Assembly (NCBI GenBank): GCA_963705295.1
Contig: OY970065.1
Location: forward strand, 768,001-832,000
DNA: 64,000 nt
Reading direction: 5' to 3'
DNA from: Parachlamydiales bacterium
Lineage (GTDB): Bacteria; Chlamydiota; Chlamydiia; Chlamydiales; Rhabdochlamydiaceae
Position numbers and translations under genes: made by a program. A model generated the notes under the pieces. The model was not told where the DNA came from, did not search any database, and was given only the letters and a program-made list of their open reading frames with translations. Shown in pieces: positions 49,280 through 58,251 of this stretch; positions within the stretch are counted from its first letter, which is position 1; each line of letters opens with the position of its first letter.

Positions 49280-50665
49280 AAATAATATAATCAGTGTCAT
49301 CAACACGACGGTCATGGACAGTGAAAAGTGAGATACTCTCCACTGAAAATCGTAGAGCGCGGGTGGATGGGTCGCAATCTTGAGAATAAAATGAGATATT
49401 TTATCGGTGATCCAATAAATCCCCGTACTCATGAGGGGAAGAGGAGAGAAGATGAGTCCTAGAATGAGAAAAAGATACATGATGGAGACGCCTGCTGGGA
49501 GGAAGAGGTTATAGAGGAGGCTTAGAATAGGGAATTTATGGAAATGATAAAAGATCAGAGGAAGTGTGAAAAGGTGAATGGCCAGATTGAGTGCTGCAGT
49601 CTCTCTCCAAAAACAACTTAAGAGATAGCCGTGTTTGTCGAGGTTGTCCATCTCGAGAGTCTCTTGAAAAGTTCGTTTAGGAAATAGGCGGAGAAATAGT
49701 GATTGAAAAAATGGATAGAGGGTCAAAATCGCAAACGTGCAGAGAAAACTAAATTGAAATCCAAGATGGAAAATAATCAGAGGATCTCGGACAAGCTGCC
49801 AAAGAAGCGCCATTCCCAGAGCTTGAAGCGGGGAAATTCGAAGACCACACAGACAACCGATGAGATACAACGATGTGCCCACCCAAGCCCGTTCAATCGG
49901 GGGAGAATCACCCAGGATAAACGTGTAAGCCGAGAGAAGCAAAAGTAAGAGAAAACAAGCGATTTGGAAAGAAAATACAAGGCGGAGAAAGCTTCCGAGA
50001 AGAAACGCGAGGAGGGCGAATTGAAAACCGGAAATTCCCAAAAGGTGTAGAAGGCCAAGCCGGTTGAATTCTAAAGCGAGAAGACGGTCATCGATTTCGC
50101 CCGTGACCATCGAAAGGAGAAAAGCCCGACTTTTGCTCGAAGAAAAATAGTGCTCGAGATGAGACCTGAGTTTGTTTTTCAACCCAAACCTCCACCCAGC
50201 AAGTGTTGACGAATCGGGAATCTCTTCACATGTTTTTAATTTCAGAACATACCGGTGATTCCCTTTAAAAACTAAACGGCCTGTCACCGAAAGATGTTTC
50301 GATCCTTCAGGACGCGGTTTTTTTTCACGAAAATAAATGGAGCACGGAATGTTTTTATAGGTCGAGAATCTCTTAAGAATTCCTTTAAATAAAATCGATT
50401 TTTGAAAAGGGGAGTGACTATGAGAAATCGATTCGATATGAAAAGTTCCTTCACCCTCTAATCCTTCTTCGGGAAGTGGAGGAAGGGAGTACGAAACAAG
50501 AGCCCAAATAAAACCCAAAGAAAAAACGATCGAAATCGAAACGAGTTTCTTTCGGTAGAGAATAAGAAAAACGGCTAAAGGCAAAAAGAAAGCAGGATGA
50601 AAGGCGAGGACAAATACGATACCTAGAAAAAAGGCGATTCCATAGGTGAGAGCAGGAGTGGTCAC
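49238..50665 (-). CDS. comEC: ComEC/Rec2 competence protein (no MBL domain)
   Basis: GLLHLLGISG, SPPIERA, GFQFSF; multi-TM. Confidence 0.85.
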   Translation of the reverse strand: MTTPALTYGIAFFLGIVFVLAFHPAFFLPLAVFLILYRKKLVSISIVFSLGFIWALVSYSLPPLPEEGLEGEGTFHIESISHSHSPFQKSILFKGILKRFSTYKNIPCSIYFREKKPRPEGSKHLSVTGRLVFKGNHRYVLKLKTCEEIPDSSTLAGWRFGLKNKLRSHLEHYFSSSKSRAFLLSMVTGEIDDRLLALEFNRLGLLHLLGISGFQFALLAFLLGSFLRLVFSFQIACFLLLLLLSAYTFILGDSPPIERAWVGTSLYLIGCLCGLRISPLQALGMALLWQLVRDPLIIFHLGFQFSFLCTFAILTLYPFFQSLFLRLFPKRTFQETLEMDNLDKHGYLLSCFWRETAALNLAIHLFTLPLIFYHFHKFPILSLLYNLFLPAGVSIMYLFLILGLIFSPLPLMSTGIYWITDKISHFILKIATHPPALYDFQWRVSHFSLSMTVVLMTLIILFSMKGFKKIGSIRR

Positions 50666-51933
50666 TCTTTATGCTTGGGAATTTTCGATTCGACCGAACT
50701 ATAAATGAGCCGTGCGCCCCGTTGACCGGTGAAATAAAACAGGGCCCATTCCAACATCACACTGAAACGGTTGCGAAATCCGATGAGGTAGACGATGTGG
50801 ACAAAACACCAGGTGAACCATGCGAAAAATCCTTTTAACTGCAACCGTCCAATCACGCCAACAGCCTTTCCTTTCCCGATCGTTGAGATGCTCCCTTTGT
50901 CAAAATATCTAAACGGGCGCCTTACAATTTTGGGAATTTCCTTGTCGATGATTTTTGCCACATATTTACCTTGCTGAATCGCCACAGGTGCAATAGCAGG
51001 AAGCGGTTTTCCGCTCGGACCGGTGAATGCAGCAGCATCTCCAATCACAAAGATCTCAGGAGACCCTGGAATCGACATATCGGTTTCAACGATCACGCGG
51101 CCTTGCCTGTCGACGGGAACATCGAGTGTTTTTAAAAGGGGAGAGGCTTGATTTCCTGCAGCCCAAATAATATTTTTGCTCGGATAAAAGATGTCATCAA
51201 CTTGGACTCCGTCTTCTGTCACATTGGTGACCGGTTTTCCTGTAATGACACGAACGCCTAGCTTTTCTAGATCTTCGCGAGCTCTTTCTGCGAGCTTAGG
51301 AGGATACATGGGAAGAATATTGGGGGCGGCTTCGATGAGGAAAATTTTGGATTTTTCAGGTTTAATACGCCTGAAATTTTTAAACATCGTTTTATAGGCA
51401 ATTTCAGCAATGGCACCAGCCATTTCTACTCCTGTCGGGCCCCCTCCAATGATGGCAAAATTCAAGTACTTTGCCGCTTCGGAAATACTATCGATCCGTT
51501 CTGCCTTTTCAAACGAAATGAGAATTTCTTCTCGAATGGTGAGCGCATCTTGGATGGTTTTGAGCCCAGGTGCAAACTTCTCCCAGGCATCGTGTCCAAA
51601 ATACGAATGACGAGCGCCGACGGCCAAAATTAGATAATCAAAATCGAGTTTTTCTCCGTTTCCCAAAATGAGTTGTTTGGCTTTTTTATCCACGCCTACA
51701 ATCTCACCCATCATGACGGAGGTGTTTTCTTGTTTTCGGAGGATTTCACGGATCGGAATGGCAATTTCTCCGGGCGACAAGGCAGCGCTAGCCACTTCAT
51801 AGAGAAGAGGTTGAAAAAGATGGTGATTGGTTTTGTCAATGACAAGAAGATCGACCTTCGATTTCCGGAGGGCTTTAGCCGCATTCAAACCGCCAAATCC
51901 GCCACCGACAACGATCACTTTTGTATAGGCCAT
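50662..51933 (-). CDS. ndh: Type II NADH dehydrogenase
   Basis: VVGGGFGG, FQPLLYEVA, GGGPTGVEMAG, WAAG, AIQQG. Confidence 0.92.
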   Translation of the reverse strand: MAYTKVIVVGGGFGGLNAAKALRKSKVDLLVIDKTNHHLFQPLLYEVASAALSPGEIAIPIREILRKQENTSVMMGEIVGVDKKAKQLILGNGEKLDFDYLILAVGARHSYFGHDAWEKFAPGLKTIQDALTIREEILISFEKAERIDSISEAAKYLNFAIIGGGPTGVEMAGAIAEIAYKTMFKNFRRIKPEKSKIFLIEAAPNILPMYPPKLAERAREDLEKLGVRVITGKPVTNVTEDGVQVDDIFYPSKNIIWAAGNQASPLLKTLDVPVDRQGRVIVETDMSIPGSPEIFVIGDAAAFTGPSGKPLPAIAPVAIQQGKYVAKIIDKEIPKIVRRPFRYFDKGSISTIGKGKAVGVIGRLQLKGFFAWFTWCFVHIVYLIGFRNRFSVMLEWALFYFTGQRGARLIYSSVESKIPKHKE

Positions 51934-52041
51934 AATTTATGGTATTAGCCTTAGATTTTTTTATCAAAAGGAAAACAGATATAAATGTGTTTTTTTAAAC
52001 TCGGCCGGCACGTACAATATTTGGGAAACTATTCAAATTTT

Positions 52042-52323
52042 ATGAATGCAACAAAGAAAATTGTCCATAAAGTGAAAGTGAAAAACGGTCTCGGATTGCA
52101 TGCACGTCCTGCTGCGATGATTGCAAAGGTTTTGCAAGGCTCAAAATCAGAGGTTTCTATATCGTATAAGCAAGAAACAGTGAATGCTCGAAGTATTATG
52201 AGTATTTTGATGCTCGCAATAAAAAAGAATAGTCAAATTACATTGACGATTGAAGGAGAAGATGCTGAAGAGACGGCGGCTAAGCTTGTTTCAGCATTTG
52301 AAACTAAATTTGGAGAAGCTTAA
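52042..52323 (+). CDS. ptsH: Phosphocarrier protein HPr
   Basis: GLHARPA (His15), NARSIMSIL (Ser46). Confidence 0.95.
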   Translation: MNATKKIVHKVKVKNGLGLHARPAAMIAKVLQGSKSEVSISYKQETVNARSIMSILMLAIKKNSQITLTIEGEDAEETAAKLVSAFETKFGEA

Positions 52324-52326
52324 ATC

Positions 52327-54096
52327 TTGAAGTCCGAGAAAGAAAAAGAGATTTATCTCAAAGGAGCTCCTGTTAGCGAAGGAATCGCTATCGGTATTCC
52401 TATTTTTCTCAGTTATGGTGAAGAAGACGTTCCCGATTTTCCTATCAGCTCCGGTGAAGTTGAAGGAGAGATCACAAGGTACCGTCAAGCGCTTGCATCG
52501 AGTCGTGAAGATCTCAAAAAACTCCAAGCCGATTTAACCAGTGAAGGCTCGAAAGAAGTTGCCTCGATTATTGGAACACACATTGAAATGCTCGATGATC
52601 CGATCATGACGACGCATGTGGAAAGTAAGATCCGTGAGATGTTAAAAAATACAGAAGCTGTTTTCCACGCCGTGATCAACGACTACGAAACACGCTTTAA
52701 CAAGACCAGCGATTCTTTTTTCAAAGAAAGACTATCCGATTTCAAAGATCTTTCACAGAGAGTTCTAAGAAATTTGGGTGATGGAAATGTCAAAATCTCC
52801 CTCGAAAATATTCCGCCGAATTCCATCGTATTTATTAAGGAACTGATTCCCTCGGATACGGCTTCGATCCAAGCATCTCGGATCAGTGCTTTTGTCACAC
52901 AACATGGCGGCGGAACATCCCATGCAGCGCTGATCGCCCGTGCTAAAGGTATTCCTTATGTCGCGAGTATCGATATGGAGATTTTCCAAAATGCCAAAGG
53001 AAAATGTGTCATCGTCGATGGGCTAACCGGAGATATCATTGTCAATCCGTCTAGAGACACCTTGGAAAAATATGAGAGATTGAAAAACCGGCTGACAACG
53101 CACTACCACCAACTGGAGAAAGATAAACATCTTCTTTCGGAAACCTCCGATGGTTACCCCATCTATCTGTATGCCAATGTCACATCGATGAGTGATATCG
53201 ACTTTGTCCATCATCAACGGGCGCATGGGATTGGTTTATTCCGGTCAGAATACCTTTTCATGCAAGATGGTTCTCTTTTCTACGATGAAGATCGGCAATA
53301 TTTGATCTACCAGCAAATTTTGAAAAAGGCTGGTCCCATCCCTTTTACCTTCCGTGTTCTCGATGTTGGAGGAGATAAGTGCTCGAATTTCTTTGAAGAA
53401 CTCTCCAAAGAACCGAATCCCGTCTTAGGATGTCGAGGGATCCGTTTTTTACTGCGGAGAACTGATATCTTTAAAATACAACTACGTGCCCTTTTTCGAG
53501 CTGCAAGCAAGAGGGAGCTCCGTATCTTGTTTCCTCTCATTTCGGATATTGCAGAATTTCGAGAAGTCAAACGGATTGTCTGGGAAGTTCAAGAGGAGCT
53601 CCGCGCAGAGAATATTCCTTTTAACCCTCATCATCAACTCGGGTGCATGCTAGAAGTTCCTTCGGCGATTTTAATCTGCGATGTTCTGGCTCAAGAAGCC
53701 GATTTTCTTGCTTTGGGGACGAACGATTTAATCCAATATACTCTCGGAATCGATCGGAACAATCCGGGCATGAGTGATTTTTATTACCCGACACATCCGA
53801 GTGTGATTCGAATGATCAAAATGACCATCTTAGAAGCGAAGAGATTTCAAAAATCGATCACGATCTGTGGGGAAATTGCCTCGAACCCACTCTTCACGGC
53901 CCTTCTCATCGGTCTGGGTGTCCAAAATATCTCGTGTGCACCACGGTTCATTCCTGTGATCAAACGGACTCTCCGTCACTTGTCTCTTCTCGATTGCTGC
54001 GAGATGGCCGAGCATATTTTGACAATGAGATCGTCCGCAGAGATTTCAAAATATTTGTCAGACAGTTTTCATCTTTTTAATGGAGGTTTTCCATGA
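52327..54096 (+). CDS. ptsI: PTS enzyme I
   Basis: GGTSHAAL, GIGLFRSE, DVGGDK, GTNDLIQY, ICGE; TTG start. Confidence 0.96.
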   Translation: MKSEKEKEIYLKGAPVSEGIAIGIPIFLSYGEEDVPDFPISSGEVEGEITRYRQALASSREDLKKLQADLTSEGSKEVASIIGTHIEMLDDPIMTTHVESKIREMLKNTEAVFHAVINDYETRFNKTSDSFFKERLSDFKDLSQRVLRNLGDGNVKISLENIPPNSIVFIKELIPSDTASIQASRISAFVTQHGGGTSHAALIARAKGIPYVASIDMEIFQNAKGKCVIVDGLTGDIIVNPSRDTLEKYERLKNRLTTHYHQLEKDKHLLSETSDGYPIYLYANVTSMSDIDFVHHQRAHGIGLFRSEYLFMQDGSLFYDEDRQYLIYQQILKKAGPIPFTFRVLDVGGDKCSNFFEELSKEPNPVLGCRGIRFLLRRTDIFKIQLRALFRAASKRELRILFPLISDIAEFREVKRIVWEVQEELRAENIPFNPHHQLGCMLEVPSAILICDVLAQEADFLALGTNDLIQYTLGIDRNNPGMSDFYYPTHPSVIRMIKMTILEAKRFQKSITICGEIASNPLFTALLIGLGVQNISCAPRFIPVIKRTLRHLSLLDCCEMAEHILTMRSSAEISKYLSDSFHLFNGGFP

Positions 54097-54404
54097 GTAC
54101 AGCAGAGATAGATACGCATGAAAGAGCAGAGAGGTACAAAGAGGCATCCGTTTTTAAACAAATGGATTATATTCCTTTCGTTAGTATCATATCGGGCGTT
54201 GCCAGAGCCATTTTCGGGGCAATGGAAGTGATTGTCGGGATCTTTTCTTGGCCCATTGAACTTTTTGTCAATGTAGCTGATGGATCCAATCATCAATTGA
54301 TTATTATACAGGGCTTAGCCAATTTTTTCAGAGGCTGTGTTGCGGCCACCCCCTTCGCTGGAAATGTCTACTTGTACGTCTACGACCGTGTGACTAGAAA
54401 TTAA
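54093..54404 (+). CDS. Small hydrophobic hypothetical protein
   Basis: GGAGG SD, ATGA coupling to ptsI; YIPFVSIISGVARAI hydrophobic core. Confidence 0.65.
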   Translation: MSTAEIDTHERAERYKEASVFKQMDYIPFVSIISGVARAIFGAMEVIVGIFSWPIELFVNVADGSNHQLIIIQGLANFFRGCVAATPFAGNVYLYVYDRVTRN

Positions 54405-54675
54405 TATCTTGTTTTGTCTGCGCTTGAATTTTCTGGTGGGCATCTAAATAGGCTGCTCGGATGAGGTCTTCGAGTCCTTCGACATCGTTCGGATCGACAC
54501 AAGTCGGTTGGATTTTGATATCTTTGAAATCATGTTCGCCATTCAAGGTGATGGTGACAAGACCATTCCCGGCGGTTCCAGTCACTTCGAGTTTTTGTTT
54601 TTCTTCGCGCATTTTCTCGTATTGCGCTTCAAAAAGCTTGGCTTGTTTCTTTAATTTTGAAAATCCACTTCCCAT
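54394..54675 (-). CDS. ybaB: YbaB/EbfC nucleoid-associated protein
   Basis: GTAGNGLVTITLNG, DPNDVEGLEDLIRAA; downstream of dnaX. Confidence 0.93.
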   Translation of the reverse strand: MGSGFSKLKKQAKLFEAQYEKMREEKQKLEVTGTAGNGLVTITLNGEHDFKDIKIQPTCVDPNDVEGLEDLIRAAYLDAHQKIQAQTKQDINF

Positions 54676-54681
54676 GATTCC

Positions 54682-55947
54682 CTACTTTTTAATGATTCCT
54701 TCCAATTCGACGGCAGCGAATCGCATGAGTGTATCATACCGGCTTTGTTTATGAACAGGAGGGGTGTTTTCGACGGGAGGGGTCTCTATTTTAGGAGGAG
54801 GAGACGGAGTCGGAGTCCCATTTTCGAGCTCTTCGAGACGGCGGACCAAAAGGGGAAGGGAGACCCGTTTTTGACTGCGGATCAAATGAAGGAGGATCAT
54901 TTCTAAAGTCACCCTCTTGAAAGGAGTTCTAGAAATTTCTTTGTACCATTGCATGAGATAATCGAGAATGTATAAACAGTGTTCTTGCGTGTAGAACGTG
55001 GCTGCATGGGCGTATTCTTTCAGATCTTTTTCTTGGAGATAGATAGAGGAGGGCAGCTGGAATTTCAAGAGGAGGATCGTCCGATAATGTTCAATCAATC
55101 CGTCGAGAAAGAGGCTGAGGTCTTTTCCAGAGGAAAAGATTTCTTGCGAAAGTTCGAATGCGAAAGAGAGGTTATACGATTCAATCGCTCGATCGAGCCG
55201 AAAATAGAGCGATCTGGGGCTGATGCCTAAGATTTGGGCTGTTTCATCATAGGTGAGAGGGCCGTCGGTGTAGCAGAGAAGCTGATCGAGAAGAGATTCA
55301 GCATCCCGAAGACCCCCTTCAGCCATATAGGCGATGAGGTGAAAGGCTTCTTTTTCGACGGTTGCACCTAGATCGGTTGCAATTTGCTGGAGCTTTTGGA
55401 CAATCTGCTCCGCAGAGAGGCGGTGCAAGTCAAACCGTTGACACCGGCTGGTAATAGTTGAAAGGACTTTATGGGGTTCTGTGGTGGCAAAGAAAAACTT
55501 CACTGAAGGAGGAGGCTCTTCGAGCGTTTTGAGGAGGGCGTTGAAAGCTTCCTTTGTGAGCATGTGGACTTCATCGATGATGTAAATTTTAAACCGACTC
55601 TGAGAGGCGTATCCGACGGTCTCGTTGATCTGACGGATATCATCGATGCCCCGGTTGGAAGCTCCATCGATTTCAAAAACATCGAGCGATTTTCCGAGCG
55701 TGATATCTTGGCAAGATGAGCACCGATTGCACGGCTCCTGATTTTCACCCAATTCCTTGCAGTTCAATGTCTTAGCAAATAATCGAGCGAGCGTTGTCTT
55801 TCCCGTTCCTCTCGACCCACAAAAAAGATACGCGGGAGCGATTTTCCCCAGTTTAACAGCGTTCTTGAGGGTCGTAACAATCGCATCTTGACCTACGATC
55901 GATTCAAAAGTTTGAGGTCGGTATTTTCTGGAGATATTTTGATACAT
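54682..55947 (-). CDS. dnaX: DNA polymerase III subunit gamma/tau
   Basis: RKYRPQTF, GSRGTGKTT, IDEVHML, LKTLEEPP, SRCQ. Confidence 0.97.
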   Translation of the reverse strand: MYQNISRKYRPQTFESIVGQDAIVTTLKNAVKLGKIAPAYLFCGSRGTGKTTLARLFAKTLNCKELGENQEPCNRCSSCQDITLGKSLDVFEIDGASNRGIDDIRQINETVGYASQSRFKIYIIDEVHMLTKEAFNALLKTLEEPPPSVKFFFATTEPHKVLSTITSRCQRFDLHRLSAEQIVQKLQQIATDLGATVEKEAFHLIAYMAEGGLRDAESLLDQLLCYTDGPLTYDETAQILGISPRSLYFRLDRAIESYNLSFAFELSQEIFSSGKDLSLFLDGLIEHYRTILLLKFQLPSSIYLQEKDLKEYAHAATFYTQEHCLYILDYLMQWYKEISRTPFKRVTLEMILLHLIRSQKRVSLPLLVRRLEELENGTPTPSPPPKIETPPVENTPPVHKQSRYDTLMRFAAVELEGIIKK

Positions 55948-56011
55948 ATTTCGAGTATAATTTCTTAATACTACAAATTCAAGAGTGTTGTTCTAAAATC
56001 ACGATTGGAGC

Positions 56012-58156
56012 ATGCTTTATCTTATGGTGCTTAAATCACTTGGAAAGGGGTTTTTATCACGCATTTGTCATCAAGGGTGGGTGGGGGATCTTTTTTTGGG
56101 TTGTTTTATTGTCGCTGCGATCACTTTTTTTTTCCAATTAAAAGAAATCCATGTCGATCATTTGAGTTTAAACGCCACTGCGCCAAAATATATTGTTTCT
56201 CAAATTGGTTTTGAATTTCCCGATCCGGAGGCAACACAACTTTTAAGAGATGAATCGATTCGTGACCTCGGGAAAATTTATTTTATCTCGAGTAAAGAAG
56301 TTGGGAAAATTGAGAGAAGAATTCGAGAAGGGTTGGTTGAAAGACCTTTTTGGAGGCACTCTCTTTCTACGGTGACATTTGAAGAATTGATCCAAGCCAG
56401 CGAAATTCTTCAAGAGATCCTTTCTAAAGTACAATTTACCTCGGTGAGGACCATAGCCAAATTGAAAAATGTCGGTCAACCGTACCATCATTATTTGGCC
56501 TATATCCCTGAAAAGTTAACCGATTTTTTGCCGGAAGAGATTTGGCTACAGATTCAGGAGCAAGCTTTTCCTACCGTAACACCCGCTTCTGCCTTTATTC
56601 TGGATCAATATAAGAGACAACTCTGGACAATCCAGGAAGATGTTGAAAAGCAAAATACAATTTACCAGATCATCAAAGACGCTATCCCGATGAAAATGTC
56701 AAAGATTCCTCCTGGAAGACGGCTCATATACGCGGGAGATAAAGTAACCCCCCAACACATCGCTTTATTGAAAGGAATGAAAAAAGCCTTAAGCGAACAA
56801 CATCCGATGACCCTGATTTCCATTTTAGGAAATATCGGTCTTGCAACCTTTTTGACATTGATTGCTGTTTTCTATCTTAGGACTCTTTATCCGCATGTTT
56901 TAAAATCTCTTTCTCGAAAAGCCCTGATTGTTATCTTCGTTGTTTTTACATTGTTCTTGGCAAAACTCACCGAATATCTCATCTTGAATAAAGCCGGTCA
57001 TCTCGTCGATCTTTGTCGCTTCCCTATCTTTGTCCCTTTAGTGACTTTAGCTCTATCGATTTTAATAGACCGAAAAACAGCCGTTGTGATCTCCGTTTTT
57101 GTCACTTTAATCCTATCGTTGACATGTACCGATCACATCGTCAATTTTTTTATCATTAACGCCGTTTCTGCACTGCTTACGACTATTTTTATTAAGACCG
57201 TTCGGAAAAGAAAAGAGATTTTTAAAATATCTGCAAAAATCTATTTGGCGATTATTCCTCTGATTATTTCTATGAATCTTTTGGAGAAAAATCCATGGGA
57301 TTACCGGATTTTGATCGATCTTTTAACAACTTCTATCTGCATGTGCGGAATTGCCGTACTAACGATTGCAGTGCTTCCTCTTTTTGAATCGGCTTTTGGG
57401 ATTGTGACCGATATGACCCTGCTCGAATCGGGGGATCTCAGCCATCCGCTTCTCCGTCGATTAAATCTCGAAGCTCCTGGAACGTACCGGCATGCTCTAG
57501 CCGTTGCAGCAATAGCTGAAGAGGCTGCTTTTGCAATCAATGCAAATCCTGTCTTTGCCCGCGTTGCAGCGCTTTATCACGATATTGGAAAACTAGCCCA
57601 GCCTCAATATTTTACGGAGAATCAATTTTCTGGTTTTAATATGCATCAACTTTTGACCCCGCTGGAATCGGCCCAAGTCATTATTTCGCATGTGACGGAA
57701 GGGGTCAAACTGGCCGAGCAATATGAGCTCCCTTCGACCATTATTCAAGTGATCCAAGAACACCATGGGACCGGTCTTGTCTATTACTTCTATCATGCGC
57801 AAATAGAGCAGTGTCGTGTCAAAGCGATCACGGTTGAAGAAGGCCGCTTCCGGTACCCAGGACCGACACCGCGCAGTCGCGAATCAGCCATTATCATGAT
57901 CGCCGATTCCCTCGAAGCCTCATTTAGAAGCCTAGAAGAAGTGACGGAGAAATCGGTCGTCGATCTCGTCGAGTCGATTGTCAGCGGAAAAATCCGTGAA
58001 CATCAACTCGATACTTCCCCCCTCACTTTCGATGAAATCGAATCGATCAAAAAAGCCATGGCACGCACTCTCATCGCCACCTCCCACGCCAGAGTCAAAT
58101 ATCCTGAAATGTCTATCCTCTGGAAATCCGAAGAAATCTACGCGAAATTCTCCTAA
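56012..58156 (+). CDS. 7TM-HD (HDIG) phosphodiesterase, PgpH/YqfF-like
   Basis: 7TM block, EAPGTYRH, YHDIGK, FTENQ, EHHGT, FRYPGP.P, ADSLEA. Confidence 0.9.
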   Translation: MLYLMVLKSLGKGFLSRICHQGWVGDLFLGCFIVAAITFFFQLKEIHVDHLSLNATAPKYIVSQIGFEFPDPEATQLLRDESIRDLGKIYFISSKEVGKIERRIREGLVERPFWRHSLSTVTFEELIQASEILQEILSKVQFTSVRTIAKLKNVGQPYHHYLAYIPEKLTDFLPEEIWLQIQEQAFPTVTPASAFILDQYKRQLWTIQEDVEKQNTIYQIIKDAIPMKMSKIPPGRRLIYAGDKVTPQHIALLKGMKKALSEQHPMTLISILGNIGLATFLTLIAVFYLRTLYPHVLKSLSRKALIVIFVVFTLFLAKLTEYLILNKAGHLVDLCRFPIFVPLVTLALSILIDRKTAVVISVFVTLILSLTCTDHIVNFFIINAVSALLTTIFIKTVRKRKEIFKISAKIYLAIIPLIISMNLLEKNPWDYRILIDLLTTSICMCGIAVLTIAVLPLFESAFGIVTDMTLLESGDLSHPLLRRLNLEAPGTYRHALAVAAIAEEAAFAINANPVFARVAALYHDIGKLAQPQYFTENQFSGFNMHQLLTPLESAQVIISHVTEGVKLAEQYELPSTIIQVIQEHHGTGLVYYFYHAQIEQCRVKAITVEEGRFRYPGPTPRSRESAIIMIADSLEASFRSLEEVTEKSVVDLVESIVSGKIREHQLDTSPLTFDEIESIKKAMARTLIATSHARVKYPEMSILWKSEEIYAKFS

Positions 58157-58167
58157 AGATTAGGAAA

Positions 58168-58244
58168 ACCACAGAGGTACAGAGAACACAGAGTTGGGAG
58201 GAGTAATTCCTCATCCTACCTCTTCCCCTCTGTGCCTCTGTGGT
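58168..58244. repeat. REP-like palindrome, copy 2 (between convergent genes)
   Basis: ACCACAGAGGTACAGAG...CTCTGTGCCTCTGTGGT. Confidence 0.8.
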
Positions 58245-58251
58245 GAAGTTC

